A stretch of 64,000 bases of DNA from Aulosira sp. ZfuVER01 (GCA_034530615.2 JAVRCV020000056.1:1-64000), one strand, 5' to 3'; shown: positions 30,387 through 41,146, counted from the first letter of the stretch. Program-made: numbers and translations. The notes: generated by a model from the letters alone, not told the origin.

Positions 30387-30421
30387 GTCTCCCCCAGTTC
30401 TCCCCGATTGTTTTTTATTTT
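30387..30421 (+). promoter_or_regulatory. Conserved promoter box copy 4
   Basis: GTCTCCCCCAGTTCTCCCCGAT-TGTTTTT-TATTTT upstream of 30461. Confidence 0.75.
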
Positions 30422-30460
30422 GAAAACATCAAGCCAAAAGTTTAATTCCTGACTAATAAT

Positions 30461-31006
30461 ATGACAAATCAACAAATATCTTCTTTACCAAAAACCGCCC
30501 GTCTTTTTGCTGCTTTGGGTTTAACTCTCAGTGCTAGCCTTTTTGTTTACCCTAGTACCAGTCAAGCAGGTAAAAATGGTGGGGCGATACCTGCTGAACT
30601 CCAAGGTGAGTGGCTTTACGGTCGAATTTCTTCTATCCAATACCAAGACCAAATTACAGGACAGTCAGCAGCACCGAATGGTTCGAGCGATCGCTTCCTA
30701 GTCGCAGCTAACGGTAGCTACCAGCGACAAAGGTTAATTCAAATCAACACCTACAACTGTGCGTCTAACCTCTTCATACAAGAGAAAGGTAAAGTTAGCG
30801 CTGACGATCGACAACTCACCTTCCAACCGACTGAAAGCTCATCTAAAGGGCAAATCTGCAATACTGGTCGCACTTACTCTGGAAAGAACACAGCCAAGCC
30901 TGAAACCTACGCTTGGTCAATCTCTAAAAACGAATACGGACAAGAAGTCCTCTTGCTTCAGACTACCGATGGTCAGGGTCAAGCTCATTATGGACGACCT
31001 CAGTAG
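30461..31006 (+). CDS. Secreted beta-rich hypothetical protein (lipocalin-like fold possible)
   Basis: Signal peptide ending SQA; IPAELQGEW motif; two Cys. Confidence 0.7.
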   Translation: MTNQQISSLPKTARLFAALGLTLSASLFVYPSTSQAGKNGGAIPAELQGEWLYGRISSIQYQDQITGQSAAPNGSSDRFLVAANGSYQRQRLIQINTYNCASNLFIQEKGKVSADDRQLTFQPTESSSKGQICNTGRTYSGKNTAKPETYAWSISKNEYGQEVLLLQTTDGQGQAHYGRPQ

Positions 31007-31101
31007 CTCAGTCACACAATTTTGGATTTATTCCGAGATAAATTTGCTTTCTCTAAGCTTGTTTAAATTTTTAAATCTAAAATTCGCTAGCAATTAGATT
31101 T

Positions 31102-31136
31102 TTCTCCCCTAGTTCTCCCCGATTGTTTCTTAATCT
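31102..31136 (+). promoter_or_regulatory. Conserved promoter box copy 5
   Basis: TTCTCCCCTAGTTCTCCCCGAT-TGTTTCT-TAATCT upstream of 31163. Confidence 0.8.
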
Positions 31137-31162
31137 ATAAAATATCGAACAGAGGTTATTCT

Positions 31163-31645
31163 ATGATTCACCATATTTCTTTTGCTGTTAACAACCCTCA
31201 ACACGTTGCCCAAGTTTTGGCAGAAATTTTAAAAGCAGAAGCTGTTCCATTTCCTCCTCACCCAGGTAGCTATATGGTTATACCTTTTGATGAACATGGT
31301 ACAGCCATTGAACTTTATCCTTTAGGTACTCAATTAGAACCTGGTGAAGGTGATGGACAATGTGCATTTGTACAAAATTCTATTTCTCCTAAGTTCGTAG
31401 ATATTCATGCAGCTATTTCTGTACCTGCTAGTCAAGAAGAAATTCAAAAAATTGGTGCGCGTGAAGGTTGGCGTGTTGTACGCTGTACCCGTGAAACTTT
31501 TTTTGATGTCATTGAGTTCTGGGTAGAAAACAGACTTATGATCGAACTGCTAACACCAGAAATGGCAACTCAATACGTAAAATTTACAACTCACCCAGAA
31601 ACTCGAAAAATATTTACGGCAGAACCTGCTTTAGCCACAGCATAA
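31163..31645 (+). CDS. VOC/glyoxalase-like hypothetical protein
   Basis: MIHHISFAV, GTAIELYP, HAAISV, VIEFWVENRLMIELL pattern. Confidence 0.65.
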   Translation: MIHHISFAVNNPQHVAQVLAEILKAEAVPFPPHPGSYMVIPFDEHGTAIELYPLGTQLEPGEGDGQCAFVQNSISPKFVDIHAAISVPASQEEIQKIGAREGWRVVRCTRETFFDVIEFWVENRLMIELLTPEMATQYVKFTTHPETRKIFTAEPALATA

Positions 31646-31836
31646 GTTTTGTTCGCAACTTTAGCACAGTTTTTATTTGAATAAATTGAAGCTTTATACT
31701 TAACTTAAAACTTCTCCTTTTACCGATCAAGAGGAGAAGTATATTTATTTTTGCGTTTTATTTGCGCAGTTGCGATCGCTATTAGTTTAATCAAGCAAAT
31801 TATAGTCTGTTATGGACTTTCTACTTCAACTAGTAA

Positions 31837-34800
31837 TTAGTTAAATAGATGTGATGTCAGTTCGAGAATTTCATCAAAGCAGAAACTCCGGACTAAATTT
31901 AATAATTTTTCTGCTAAGTCAGCATGAGATTGCGGAATTTGCTCAATTAATTGAAAAATTCTCTCACCATCAACTGCAATAGCTGCTTGATGAAGTTCCC
32001 CTATCCATTCAGTGGGCATAATTGTAATTGCAGAATGAATATCTAACATAGAATATTGAACATTCTCTGACTTTTTATCTGTTATATTTTCGCTACTTTC
32101 TTCTGAGAAAAGATAGCTTAAATGTAAATATTCAGCTATCTTTTCAAAAATTATTTGTTCGCGGAATGGTTTGCGAATTAAGTCGTCGCACCCTGCGGCT
32201 AAAATACTTGCTTGTTGTTCTTCAAAAGCACTGGCTGTCAGAGCAATAATCACTGTGTGGGAATTTGTCTCTAAACTTCTCTCCCTAGCTCTAATTTCTT
32301 TAGTGGCATCGTAGCCGTTCATTACAGGCATCCGCATATCCATCCAAATTAACTGAGGTTGCCATTTCTGCCACATAGCGATCGCTTCTTGTCCGTTACT
32401 AGCAGCCTCAACTTCAAAGCCAACACCGCCTAGAAGTTGCATCATTAAATCGCGGTTTTCTTTGCGATCGTCAACTACGAGAATACGGTAAGTTGGTTGG
32501 TCTGCTGCTAGTTTGAGTACGCGCCCCCGACTCAACTTTGGTGTAACTTTTAATGGTGTGGCTAAATTAACTTGAATGTCAAAGCTAAAAGTAGATCCTT
32601 GCCCTAAATTACTGCAAAGGTGAATATCTCCTCCCAACAACCGCACAAACTGTCGGCTAATAGTTAGACCTAGCCCAGTACCCTCCTTGGTTTGAATACC
32701 ACTGCTTGTCTGGACAAACGGCTGAAACAGATTATTCATTTCTGCTGCTGCTATCCCCCGTCCAGTATCCTCAACTTCAAAGATGATGAATTGGGAATGG
32801 GGCATAGATTTGTAGTTATTCTCCTTGTCCCCCTTGTCTCTCTTGCCCCCCTTGTCCCCCGCATCCCCCTCATCCCCCAATCTCGCCCGCAACGTCACTC
32901 CCCCGGTTTGGGTGAACTTGATGGCGTTACCCAACAGGTTGATCAAAACTTGGCGGAGTTTACCTTCATCTGTTTGGATATAACGCGGCAGATCGGCAGC
33001 AATTTCAAACTTGAGGTACAACTGTTTTGTCTGCGCCCGTACCTGAAACATTTCTTGTAATGTTTGCAACATCAGGTAGAGGTCGAAGTCTTCAGGATTG
33101 AAAACGATTTGTCCGGCCTCAATTTTGGACATTTCCAGGACATCGTTAATCAGGTTGAGTAGATGTTCTCCACTACGGTTAATCGTAGCTAAAGATTCAC
33201 GCTGGTTTGAGTTGAGACTAGCGTCTCGCTCCATCAACTGAGAAAAACCTAAGATGGCATTGAGAGGAGTGCGGAGTTCGTGGCTCATGTTAGCCAAGAA
33301 AGCACTTTTGGCACGGTTGGCAGTTTCGGCGGCTTCTTTTGCTACTCTCAAGGCTGCTTCTGCTTGATGTCTAGCCCTACCGATCGCAATGATTTCACCT
33401 ACCAATTTCAGGAGATTCATCTCCTGTTGATTCCAGTTTTTCGTATAGTGAATAGTATCTGCGGCAATAAACCCGACTACTTTACCAGAATGAATCATTG
33501 GTACACCTAATGCAGATTTAATTGACTGATTTTCAAAGAATTCTTTCTCAGGTGTATCGGGTGGTAAATCGGCTATGCATGGCAAAACAGAATTTTGCCC
33601 TATAAGTATTGGTGCAAGTAAAGGGAACATTTCTAAATTGCCCCTTCTGGCATTACCGCTTAATGGTGGAATATCAGCAGCACGCCATTCATGGACTATG
33701 TAGACTTCCCTTGGCTGATCGGATAACTCAAAAATCGAGCAGCGTTCAGCATTAATAAATTGAGCGATCGCCTGAAGTGTAAAATTAATTGCTGTGTCTA
33801 TATCTTGGTCGATAAATTGGCGGGAAATACTGCTGAGTATACTTTCTAGTTGAGCGCGACTTTGCAAAGCTTGCTCTACTTGCTTGCGATCGCTGATATC
33901 TGTAAAGACAGAATCTAAACAAGATTCTTCGGCGTTGAGGCGCAGTGATAATAGTACCCAAACCACAGAGCCATCGCCACGCCGTAGTGCTAATTCAAAA
34001 TTGCGAACTTCGCCAGATGCTGCTAACTCTGCTAACATCCGGGCGCGATCGTTGGGATTAACATACAATTCAGTTGTGAAATACCTGCCAATCAAGTCAC
34101 TAGCAGCAGCGAAACCTAAGATATCAGCACCGCGTTGATTTGCATCGACAATTAATCCATCTTGTTGACGAGTGCGGAAAATCCCTACTTGGGAATTTTC
34201 AAAGATGTTGCGGTATTTCATTTCACTACGACGCAAGGCTTCTTCTGTTTGCTTGCGTTCTGTAATGTCCCGCCCCACACCAGCGATCGCAATTTCACCA
34301 TCAGGAGTGTTAATGGTGGAAGTGTTAAAGCTGAACCATCGCCAGCTATTGTTTTTGTGTCTTAATCGCACCTCAATACCTGTCTGCTTTTCCCCAGCTA
34401 TGGCTTTTTGTATACCTGCGGCGCTAATTGCTAAATCTTCAGGATAAGTAAATTCGACTACAGAATGTCCCTCGATTTCTGGCAGGGTGTAGCCCATAAT
34501 TGGAGTCACATTAGGCGAGTGGTAAGTAAAAATTCCCTCTGGAGAGATGGTAAAAATTAAGTCATTGGCATTCTCTACAATAGTGCGGAACTTGATTTCA
34601 CTTTGTTGCAAAGCTGCTTGGGCGCGTTTACGTTCTGTAGCATCGGTACCAACTGAAAGTATTTCGATTAAGTTGCCTTGCTCGTCTAAAATAGGTTTAT
34701 TTGCCCAAACTATCCAGACGCGATCGCCATTTTTGCACGAGTTTTCATTTTCATTGAATAGGTAGTTTTCTGGGTGCTGGCAAATATCAACCATTAAAGC

Positions 34801-36558
34801 CTGTAAGTCGCGCCCAGAAGTTTCAGTTTCGGGGACAATTGTCCCGACCACATTGCGTCCTATAATCTCTTGGGCATCAAAACCAAAAAGCTTTTGACCG
34901 TAGTCATTTAAGTATATGATGTCACCGTGACTGTCCCAACGCAGAATAATGCAGTTGGCTGTTTGTACCAAATCGCGATACTGGACTTCGCTTTGTCGCA
35001 AAGCTGCTTCTGTGCGTTTGCGATCGCTAATATCTCGGACTATTGCCAAGACGTGTCGTTTGCCATTGTAAATGCAAGTCGTTCCTTTAACTTCCACATC
35101 TATTAAAGTGCCATCTTTGCAGATATCAACAGCTTGTCCATAAAATTGCCCCCCAGCGCGCGTTGTCTCAAGAAACTCATAGAAAACCGGATGTGAATTT
35201 GGGTGAATGTAAACTGATGGATGCAAAGTAATAAATTCTTCGTAAGTATAACCATGCATCTGACAAGCAGCGGGATTAACTTCGGCAACTGTTTCGGTTT
35301 CTATGTCAGTAATAAATAGTCCATCATTAATCGCTTCAAAAATACTGCGATATTGCAACTCACTTTGTCGCAATGCTGCTTCTGTTTTTTGGCGTTGGGT
35401 GACATCACGGAAACTCCACACTCTACCAATAATCTGGTCTTTGATGCGCTGAGGACAGGAGTATCTCTCAAAAACCCTACCATCTTGCAATTCTAAAAAG
35501 TCGTAACTATCTAGCTCTGGCTGGGCGTATAATTCTCGAACTCGCTGCAAAAATCCCTGAGGATCTTTTAACTGGTTTGCCAAATACGCCAGCCGCTTAG
35601 GATGGTCTGGTTCTGTTAAAAGTTCTGGTGGAATTGACCACATTTCTAAGAACTTTTGATTGTAACTGGTGATATTTCCTAAGCTATCAATTGCTAAGAT
35701 ACCGTCTTGAATCGATTCCAAGATCGCGCTTAACAAAGATAAGGAGTTTTCTAAAGCTACTTGGGTAAGTTTGCGATCGCTAACATCACGCCCTAAAACT
35801 ACCAGCGCCTTGCGTCTACCATCTGGGTGAAATACAGGCACTTTAATCATATCCACAATGCTCACTGTACCATCAGGGCGAGGTACAACTTCTTCTACCC
35901 GATTTACAGATCCCTGCTGCCAAGCTTGTTCGTCTGTTTGGTCGCAATTGAGTAAAGTATCGTGATAAAAATCGCTAAATTGCGCTAGTTCGGAATCAGT
36001 TTTTCCTTTGTAATCAACACCATGTATCTCTAAAAATTCCAGGTTAGCTTGATTCGACTCCAGCCATTTTCCTTCGCTGTCCTTTAAACAGATAATATCT
36101 GGTGTCGCGTTAATTAGCGTGCGTAAACGTTCTTCACTCTCTTGGAAGGATTTTTGAGCTTGTTGAGCCAGCGTAATATCCTGAATTACTAGTACAGCAC
36201 AATCATCCTCATTCAGTCCCGCACGACTACCAGAGATTTGCAGCACCAAAGAACGCTTACCTTGATGAAACTCATACTCTGTAGTTTCGTACTTTCCATT
36301 TTGGATCAGCACATCAGGGTAGGAGTTTAAAGCAACAGGTTTTCCTAATTTTAATAAGGGTAGTAACTCACTTAGCTGCCAGCCTGCGATCGCACTTTTG
36401 GGCCGATTCACCAGACACTCAAAGCTAGAATTACACCATTGAACACGTCGGTCTTCCCCAACCCAGACTACAGCATCAGCGATCGCACCTAGCGTTACTT
36501 CCATCTTGGTAAGGGTTGCTTGCAATAGCTTAACCTGCTCTAGCTGTTCAGCGCTCAT
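31837..36558 (-). CDS. Cytoplasmic multi-PAS/GAF hybrid sensor histidine kinase with C-terminal REC
   Basis: About seven PAS/PAC units (DITERK/DISDRK ends), GAF, FLANMSHELRTPLN, GTGLGL, ILVVDD..WMDMRMP; no evident TM helix. Confidence 0.92.
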   Translation of the reverse strand: MSAEQLEQVKLLQATLTKMEVTLGAIADAVVWVGEDRRVQWCNSSFECLVNRPKSAIAGWQLSELLPLLKLGKPVALNSYPDVLIQNGKYETTEYEFHQGKRSLVLQISGSRAGLNEDDCAVLVIQDITLAQQAQKSFQESEERLRTLINATPDIICLKDSEGKWLESNQANLEFLEIHGVDYKGKTDSELAQFSDFYHDTLLNCDQTDEQAWQQGSVNRVEEVVPRPDGTVSIVDMIKVPVFHPDGRRKALVVLGRDVSDRKLTQVALENSLSLLSAILESIQDGILAIDSLGNITSYNQKFLEMWSIPPELLTEPDHPKRLAYLANQLKDPQGFLQRVRELYAQPELDSYDFLELQDGRVFERYSCPQRIKDQIIGRVWSFRDVTQRQKTEAALRQSELQYRSIFEAINDGLFITDIETETVAEVNPAACQMHGYTYEEFITLHPSVYIHPNSHPVFYEFLETTRAGGQFYGQAVDICKDGTLIDVEVKGTTCIYNGKRHVLAIVRDISDRKRTEAALRQSEVQYRDLVQTANCIILRWDSHGDIIYLNDYGQKLFGFDAQEIIGRNVVGTIVPETETSGRDLQALMVDICQHPENYLFNENENSCKNGDRVWIVWANKPILDEQGNLIEILSVGTDATERKRAQAALQQSEIKFRTIVENANDLIFTISPEGIFTYHSPNVTPIMGYTLPEIEGHSVVEFTYPEDLAISAAGIQKAIAGEKQTGIEVRLRHKNNSWRWFSFNTSTINTPDGEIAIAGVGRDITERKQTEEALRRSEMKYRNIFENSQVGIFRTRQQDGLIVDANQRGADILGFAAASDLIGRYFTTELYVNPNDRARMLAELAASGEVRNFELALRRGDGSVVWVLLSLRLNAEESCLDSVFTDISDRKQVEQALQSRAQLESILSSISRQFIDQDIDTAINFTLQAIAQFINAERCSIFELSDQPREVYIVHEWRAADIPPLSGNARRGNLEMFPLLAPILIGQNSVLPCIADLPPDTPEKEFFENQSIKSALGVPMIHSGKVVGFIAADTIHYTKNWNQQEMNLLKLVGEIIAIGRARHQAEAALRVAKEAAETANRAKSAFLANMSHELRTPLNAILGFSQLMERDASLNSNQRESLATINRSGEHLLNLINDVLEMSKIEAGQIVFNPEDFDLYLMLQTLQEMFQVRAQTKQLYLKFEIAADLPRYIQTDEGKLRQVLINLLGNAIKFTQTGGVTLRARLGDEGDAGDKGGKRDKGDKENNYKSMPHSQFIIFEVEDTGRGIAAAEMNNLFQPFVQTSSGIQTKEGTGLGLTISRQFVRLLGGDIHLCSNLGQGSTFSFDIQVNLATPLKVTPKLSRGRVLKLAADQPTYRILVVDDRKENRDLMMQLLGGVGFEVEAASNGQEAIAMWQKWQPQLIWMDMRMPVMNGYDATKEIRARERSLETNSHTVIIALTASAFEEQQASILAAGCDDLIRKPFREQIIFEKIAEYLHLSYLFSEESSENITDKKSENVQYSMLDIHSAITIMPTEWIGELHQAAIAVDGERIFQLIEQIPQSHADLAEKLLNLVRSFCFDEILELTSHLFN

Positions 36559-36956
36559 TAGCGATTCCTTATTGCCTCTGGGATAGATTGAATACCAGTT
36601 TGGTATAGAGATTGTATCGCTAATTATAAATGCTTGAACAAGTTTCTAGAATTGCTTCATAGTATTCTGTTACACGAAATTACAGCAAGAGTATTAGCTT
36701 GTTTGAATTCTCGAAAATTTTAATAATGCTTTTTGAATAAGTTAATTTCTTTGCTTTATTGGTGTGGATTTAGTACCTCGACTTCTTTAATAATTCGGGG
36801 TTCTAGGCAATAATCTCCAATTCTCTCAACCATTACTAGGTATATAGGTGATACCACGATATTTAAGTGCAGATTTAGGTCGATTTTGAACTGGTTTCAA
36901 TTTTACAATCTGGTAACTAAATCCACTATCCTTTGCTGACTATTCCCACTACACAA

Positions 36957-37697
36957 CTACGAATACAGGCTTCCGGATTTATCTGTAGGCTGATTAATTT
37001 TACATTTTGAATTTTGAATTGTCTCAAGGGGTTGACGGCTTTTAATTACTCGTGCTGGTACACCCACAGCTACTGAAAATGGAGGAATATCTTTAGTAAC
37101 AACAGCGCCAGCACCTATTACACTACCTCTACCAATGGTCACGCCATCTAATACTTTCACCCCATGACCTAGCCAGCAGTCATCCTCAATTACGATCCCC
37201 TTACAAGTAATACCTTGGTATTTGATTGGCTCACTTGGATCTGCAAAGTTGTGATTATTTGCATATATTCCAGTGTGGGCTGCAATTAAGCAGTGCTTAC
37301 CAATTTTAATTTCTCCAGGGCCAGCAATACAAACGCTAGGGCCAATAAAAGTATCTTGACCGATGTGAATACAAGTGTTGTTTAATGCCCCTATGAGAAC
37401 ATTACGCTCAAGAACAACTCCATTTTCTAGATGAATTCTATTATTCTCGTGTCCTTTTCCATCTATACGAACACCTTTGAAAATATATGCTCCATTGCCA
37501 ATCTCAATAGCATCAGTACTAATAAATTCAACGCCATCTTGAATATAAACTGAGCTACCTAGCCGGGCAAAAATTGCGCGATACATCAAATTACGTAACT
37601 TTACGCCTCCAAAAATTGTGGGAATATCACCTAGAAAAGTAATTAGCAAAAGTTGTTGAAACCGCTTCAGTTTTGAAAAATATCTCAAGTCATTCAT
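36957..37697 (-). CDS. Hexapeptide-repeat acyltransferase
   Basis: IVIEDDCWLGHGVKVLDGVTIGRGSVIGAGAVVTKDIP; likely ATG 37697 (ORF track 37754). Confidence 0.85.
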   Translation of the reverse strand: MNDLRYFSKLKRFQQLLLITFLGDIPTIFGGVKLRNLMYRAIFARLGSSVYIQDGVEFISTDAIEIGNGAYIFKGVRIDGKGHENNRIHLENGVVLERNVLIGALNNTCIHIGQDTFIGPSVCIAGPGEIKIGKHCLIAAHTGIYANNHNFADPSEPIKYQGITCKGIVIEDDCWLGHGVKVLDGVTIGRGSVIGAGAVVTKDIPPFSVAVGVPARVIKSRQPLETIQNSKCKINQPTDKSGSLYS

Positions 37698-38739
37698 GGC
37701 TCTATTATTCTTGATTGCGTTATTGGAGATTTTTGGAATTGTGAAATACCTCACAATATCCTGTATTTGAGTCTTGCTATGTATTGCCTATATTGCTGTC
37801 TTTTGAGATTGCAAGTCCACGAATAAACAAGATAGCCGATCTAAAGTTTTTCAAACATTTGAAAAACCCAAAGCAAGCTCTCAGGTTAGAAGCTATTAAA
37901 TCTAGGGGCTATTTAATTATTAGCAATAGCTTTACAAGAGATGTCGTATATTTATTTACAAGCTTATGATTGAATCTATGTACTTGTTGAGAAATTCGAG
38001 CAAATACTTTTTCTATCTGTCACTGATGACTACTGAAGCTTAATGTTTCCCCACAAAATCAAATACTTAACTCTCGATGTGGATTAGTTAGTAATTTGAC
38101 AAGCTACTATAATTCAGTATTCAGTTATCAAATATCAAAGTAGTGATTTCAATTCAATTACATCTATTTATGCTGTTTCCAAGCAAGCATAAAATTTCCT
38201 CGCTAACTTCAAGATGCAATTGTTGAATTACTCATAAAATTTCCCAGCAAGTACAAGCACGTTAACTTAGGGGGGAGTGTCTCCAACTTCAGCCATCACA
38301 TTGAAGTTAACCATCGGAGCATACAAATAAACACTTCCCCGATTACTATAACGGCTTACTTGCAGCCAGTTTTTATAGTCTGCTGCTGTTCTCATCATTA
38401 CGTACACAGAGAATTTACATATTCACTAAAGCGCCTTTATAGTGACACCATTAGTGTGCTTTCCCCATCCTAGAAGAGACTGATAAAAGTATTGTTAAGG
38501 AACAGTAAAGTTTAAAGGAAAAATATAAAGATTTCAAAATAGACTTGATTTTGTAATCAGTATTTTTCTGGCTTTAGGCATTAATTATACTATCGATAAT
38601 ACCCAATTAAGCAAATAAATAAGCACTAAAAATCAGGGTAAATATTTCCTATGTGGTGCTGCATTAGACTAGAAAATTTACCATTGATTTATAATATTAA
38701 GTATTGTCGGTAAAAAGTTAACTAGTTTTTGATAAAAAC

Positions 38740-38973
38740 CTACTTAAAGAGCAATACAGGAATGTGGCTGCTGCGTCGCATTTGGGCTGTAGTACTGCTA
38801 ATGACTAAGTGCCGAATACATCTGTGTCCGTAGGCTTCTATAATCAGTAAATTCATATCTTGCTGTTCTACGTAGCTGGCTATAACCCTTTCTGGTTCGC
38901 CATGTATGATTTGACAAATTGGTACAAAACCACCTTTACGCGCTTCTATTTCAGCAGTTTGTAGGCGAGACAT
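38740..38973 (-). pseudogene. C-terminal fragment of a universal stress protein
   Basis: HGEPERVIASYV..LLIIEAYGH..IRHLVISSTT..HIPVLLF, degenerate versus the G..G.G....GS consensus; N-terminal half absent. Confidence 0.65.
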
Positions 38974-39322
38974 CGCTGCTGCATCTGGTTGTTTAGAGGC
39001 TAAGTCAACAACATTAGGAATTGATGAGCGATCGCTTCATCAATCCAAGTTTACAATCTTGATGCAGATTTTAATTCAGACAGGCGATCGCCTAGTGCAT
39101 CTTCATTAGGGATCAATATAATGTAGTATCTTTTTTCTTCGTTTTGGCAGCTTTCCTGAAATACCTTGACTTGAACTAGTGCGTTAGGCTACGCCATAAC
39201 ACACGCTACAAATACCTAATATTTTTTCAAAATTTAAATCGGATTTTTATAGTTGATTTTTACTACATAAAAAAAGCTTACAGCTAACAGAAATTTTTGG
39301 GTTCCTCGCTATTTTTAAAGTA

Positions 39323-39511
39323 ATGATGGAGCCGCTTCAAATGAAACGATGTGAAACACTAGCTGAATTGGTCGCACGAACTGTGGTTGAATTTGAGCAA
39401 CGCGAGCTAGAACTACAAAAAGCTCAGGTGCATCAAGTAAAGCCACAAGAAAAAGCTACTAAGCAGCGTAAATCGAATCAAGTTGCTTATACCATTTCAC
39501 CAAAAATATGA
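39323..39511 (+). CDS. Small hypothetical protein convergent with the XisF-like recombinase
   Basis: 62-aa ORF in otherwise empty intergenic space; helical, charged composition. Confidence 0.45.
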   Translation: MMEPLQMKRCETLAELVARTVVEFEQRELELQKAQVHQVKPQEKATKQRKSNQVAYTISPKI

Positions 39512-39583
39512 TGCAGACGCAAACCTTGGAACCTTTGCTGAGTCTCAATTTCTTAATTTTGAATTTTGAATTTTGAATTGGTA

Positions 39584-41146
39584 TTAGTGTAGGTATAACA
39601 GTTCAACTCCTGTTACTAGGTTGCCATCTACCACTATTCTTTTGATACATCCTTTAAGTAAAGCTTGTTTGTCCTGTTGTTCTAAACCTTGCCAATATCT
39701 CTCGTTAGAAAATGCAACAACAATTCGCTCTTTAGCTATGAGATATTGTTTAGATGTGTTGTTTGTTGTAGCGACAGCCGTTGCTATCTGCATCCTGATA
39801 TCCTCTTTAGCTTTTTCAATTGCTGGATTTGATGGTAATGCTTCTAATGTATTTAAAGAAGCCCGCAGTGTTTTAACCTCTGGTGATTCCTCGCAAGAAT
39901 CAACTTTTTGTTCTACTAATCCAGCTAACCTTTCTGCTTCCCGAATTAAATGATTAATTACTTGTTTTTCTAATTCATCTGAAGAAATCATGCGTCCGTT
40001 TTGACAAGCACCAGTACGATAAAAACTGCATTGATAGTGATGACGGACATAATTTTTACGTTTAACCAATTTCTTGCACTGGCGACTATAAGCAGCACCA
40101 CAATGAGCGCATTTAACTAAGTTGGCGAATGGGTTGACATATTTTTGCTCGGTAGCCCATCGGTTATTTCGGTTCTCACGGATCGTGGCTTTAATGCTTT
40201 CGTGTTCCTCACGGGTGATAATCGTTTCATCTTCGTGGGTTCCCCATGTTACTTCCCATTCATCGAAGGGTTTGCGATGTCCTTTGGGGCGAACCATCAC
40301 ATTATATGGTGTCCCCCCTGCATAAATAGGATTTACGAGGATAGAGCGTAACCCAGAAACCGACCACTTCAATCCTGTGTGCGGATAACGCAGATTTAAC
40401 GCACCTCCACGAGATTTGTTGATATTCTCTAGTACAATTTCCTCTGATTCCTTTAGGAGGTTAATTCTGGTATCGGTGGCTTTGGGAATGGCGTTTGCTT
40501 GTATACCAAAAGTCTCATGCAGTACTTTCACTGTTTGAGATACTGTACCTACTGCTAAAAAGGTATCAAATACAAATCGCATCAATTGCGATCGCGTGAA
40601 TTCTCTCTTCCCCTCAATTAAACAAACACAGGGACGCTCATCTCGTTTGTATTTGTCATCCTCAACCATATACCCCAATGGTGCATTCCAGTGAGGTTTT
40701 TTATTTTCTTTACGGGTGTCGCGTTCTTTTTTGACTCGCATTGCTAGCATTTTCACCTCATACTTAGATGCTGCTAGTCGCACATCGATTGTTAACTCAC
40801 CACCAATACTCGATAAGTCGAAAGGCTCATCTAGCGCATAGGGTTGTATACTTTTCTTTTTTAACGCATCCATCAAACGATAAAAAGTCATTGATGAAGA
40901 TGTTAAACGGTCGATGCGAATAAATAACAACTTCGATACTTTACCTGGTGCAGATGCATTAATATCTTCAATCAACTGTAACAGCCCTTTACGGCGATCG
41001 CTGGTACGGCTTTCTACGTCGTAATATATGTGCGTTGCACCAGCCTCACGCAACCGCCGCATTTGTTTGATTAACGCGCCTTTATCTTCCGCCTGCTCAT
41101 CTGTTGAAACCCGTGCGTAACCCAAAACGTCCATATACCAAACCAT
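39584..41146 (-). CDS. XisF-family large serine recombinase (nifK element)
   Basis: GYARVSTDEQ..DKGAL, RIDRL, GGELTID, PCVCLIEG, NPIYAGG, KCAHCG zinc ribbon; resembles Anabaena XisF; starts ~40-55 bp from the nifK break (alternative start 41134). Confidence 0.88.
   Translation of the reverse strand: MVWYMDVLGYARVSTDEQAEDKGALIKQMRRLREAGATHIYYDVESRTSDRRKGLLQLIEDINASAPGKVSKLLFIRIDRLTSSSMTFYRLMDALKKKSIQPYALDEPFDLSSIGGELTIDVRLAASKYEVKMLAMRVKKERDTRKENKKPHWNAPLGYMVEDDKYKRDERPCVCLIEGKREFTRSQLMRFVFDTFLAVGTVSQTVKVLHETFGIQANAIPKATDTRINLLKESEEIVLENINKSRGGALNLRYPHTGLKWSVSGLRSILVNPIYAGGTPYNVMVRPKGHRKPFDEWEVTWGTHEDETIITREEHESIKATIRENRNNRWATEQKYVNPFANLVKCAHCGAAYSRQCKKLVKRKNYVRHHYQCSFYRTGACQNGRMISSDELEKQVINHLIREAERLAGLVEQKVDSCEESPEVKTLRASLNTLEALPSNPAIEKAKEDIRMQIATAVATTNNTSKQYLIAKERIVVAFSNERYWQGLEQQDKQALLKGCIKRIVVDGNLVTGVELLYLH

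Noticed and set aside
38267..38398. 43-codon minus-strand ORF MMRTAADYKNWLQV...AEVGDTPP
   Set aside because: Looks like a possible gene remnant but I cannot assign a family or show expression
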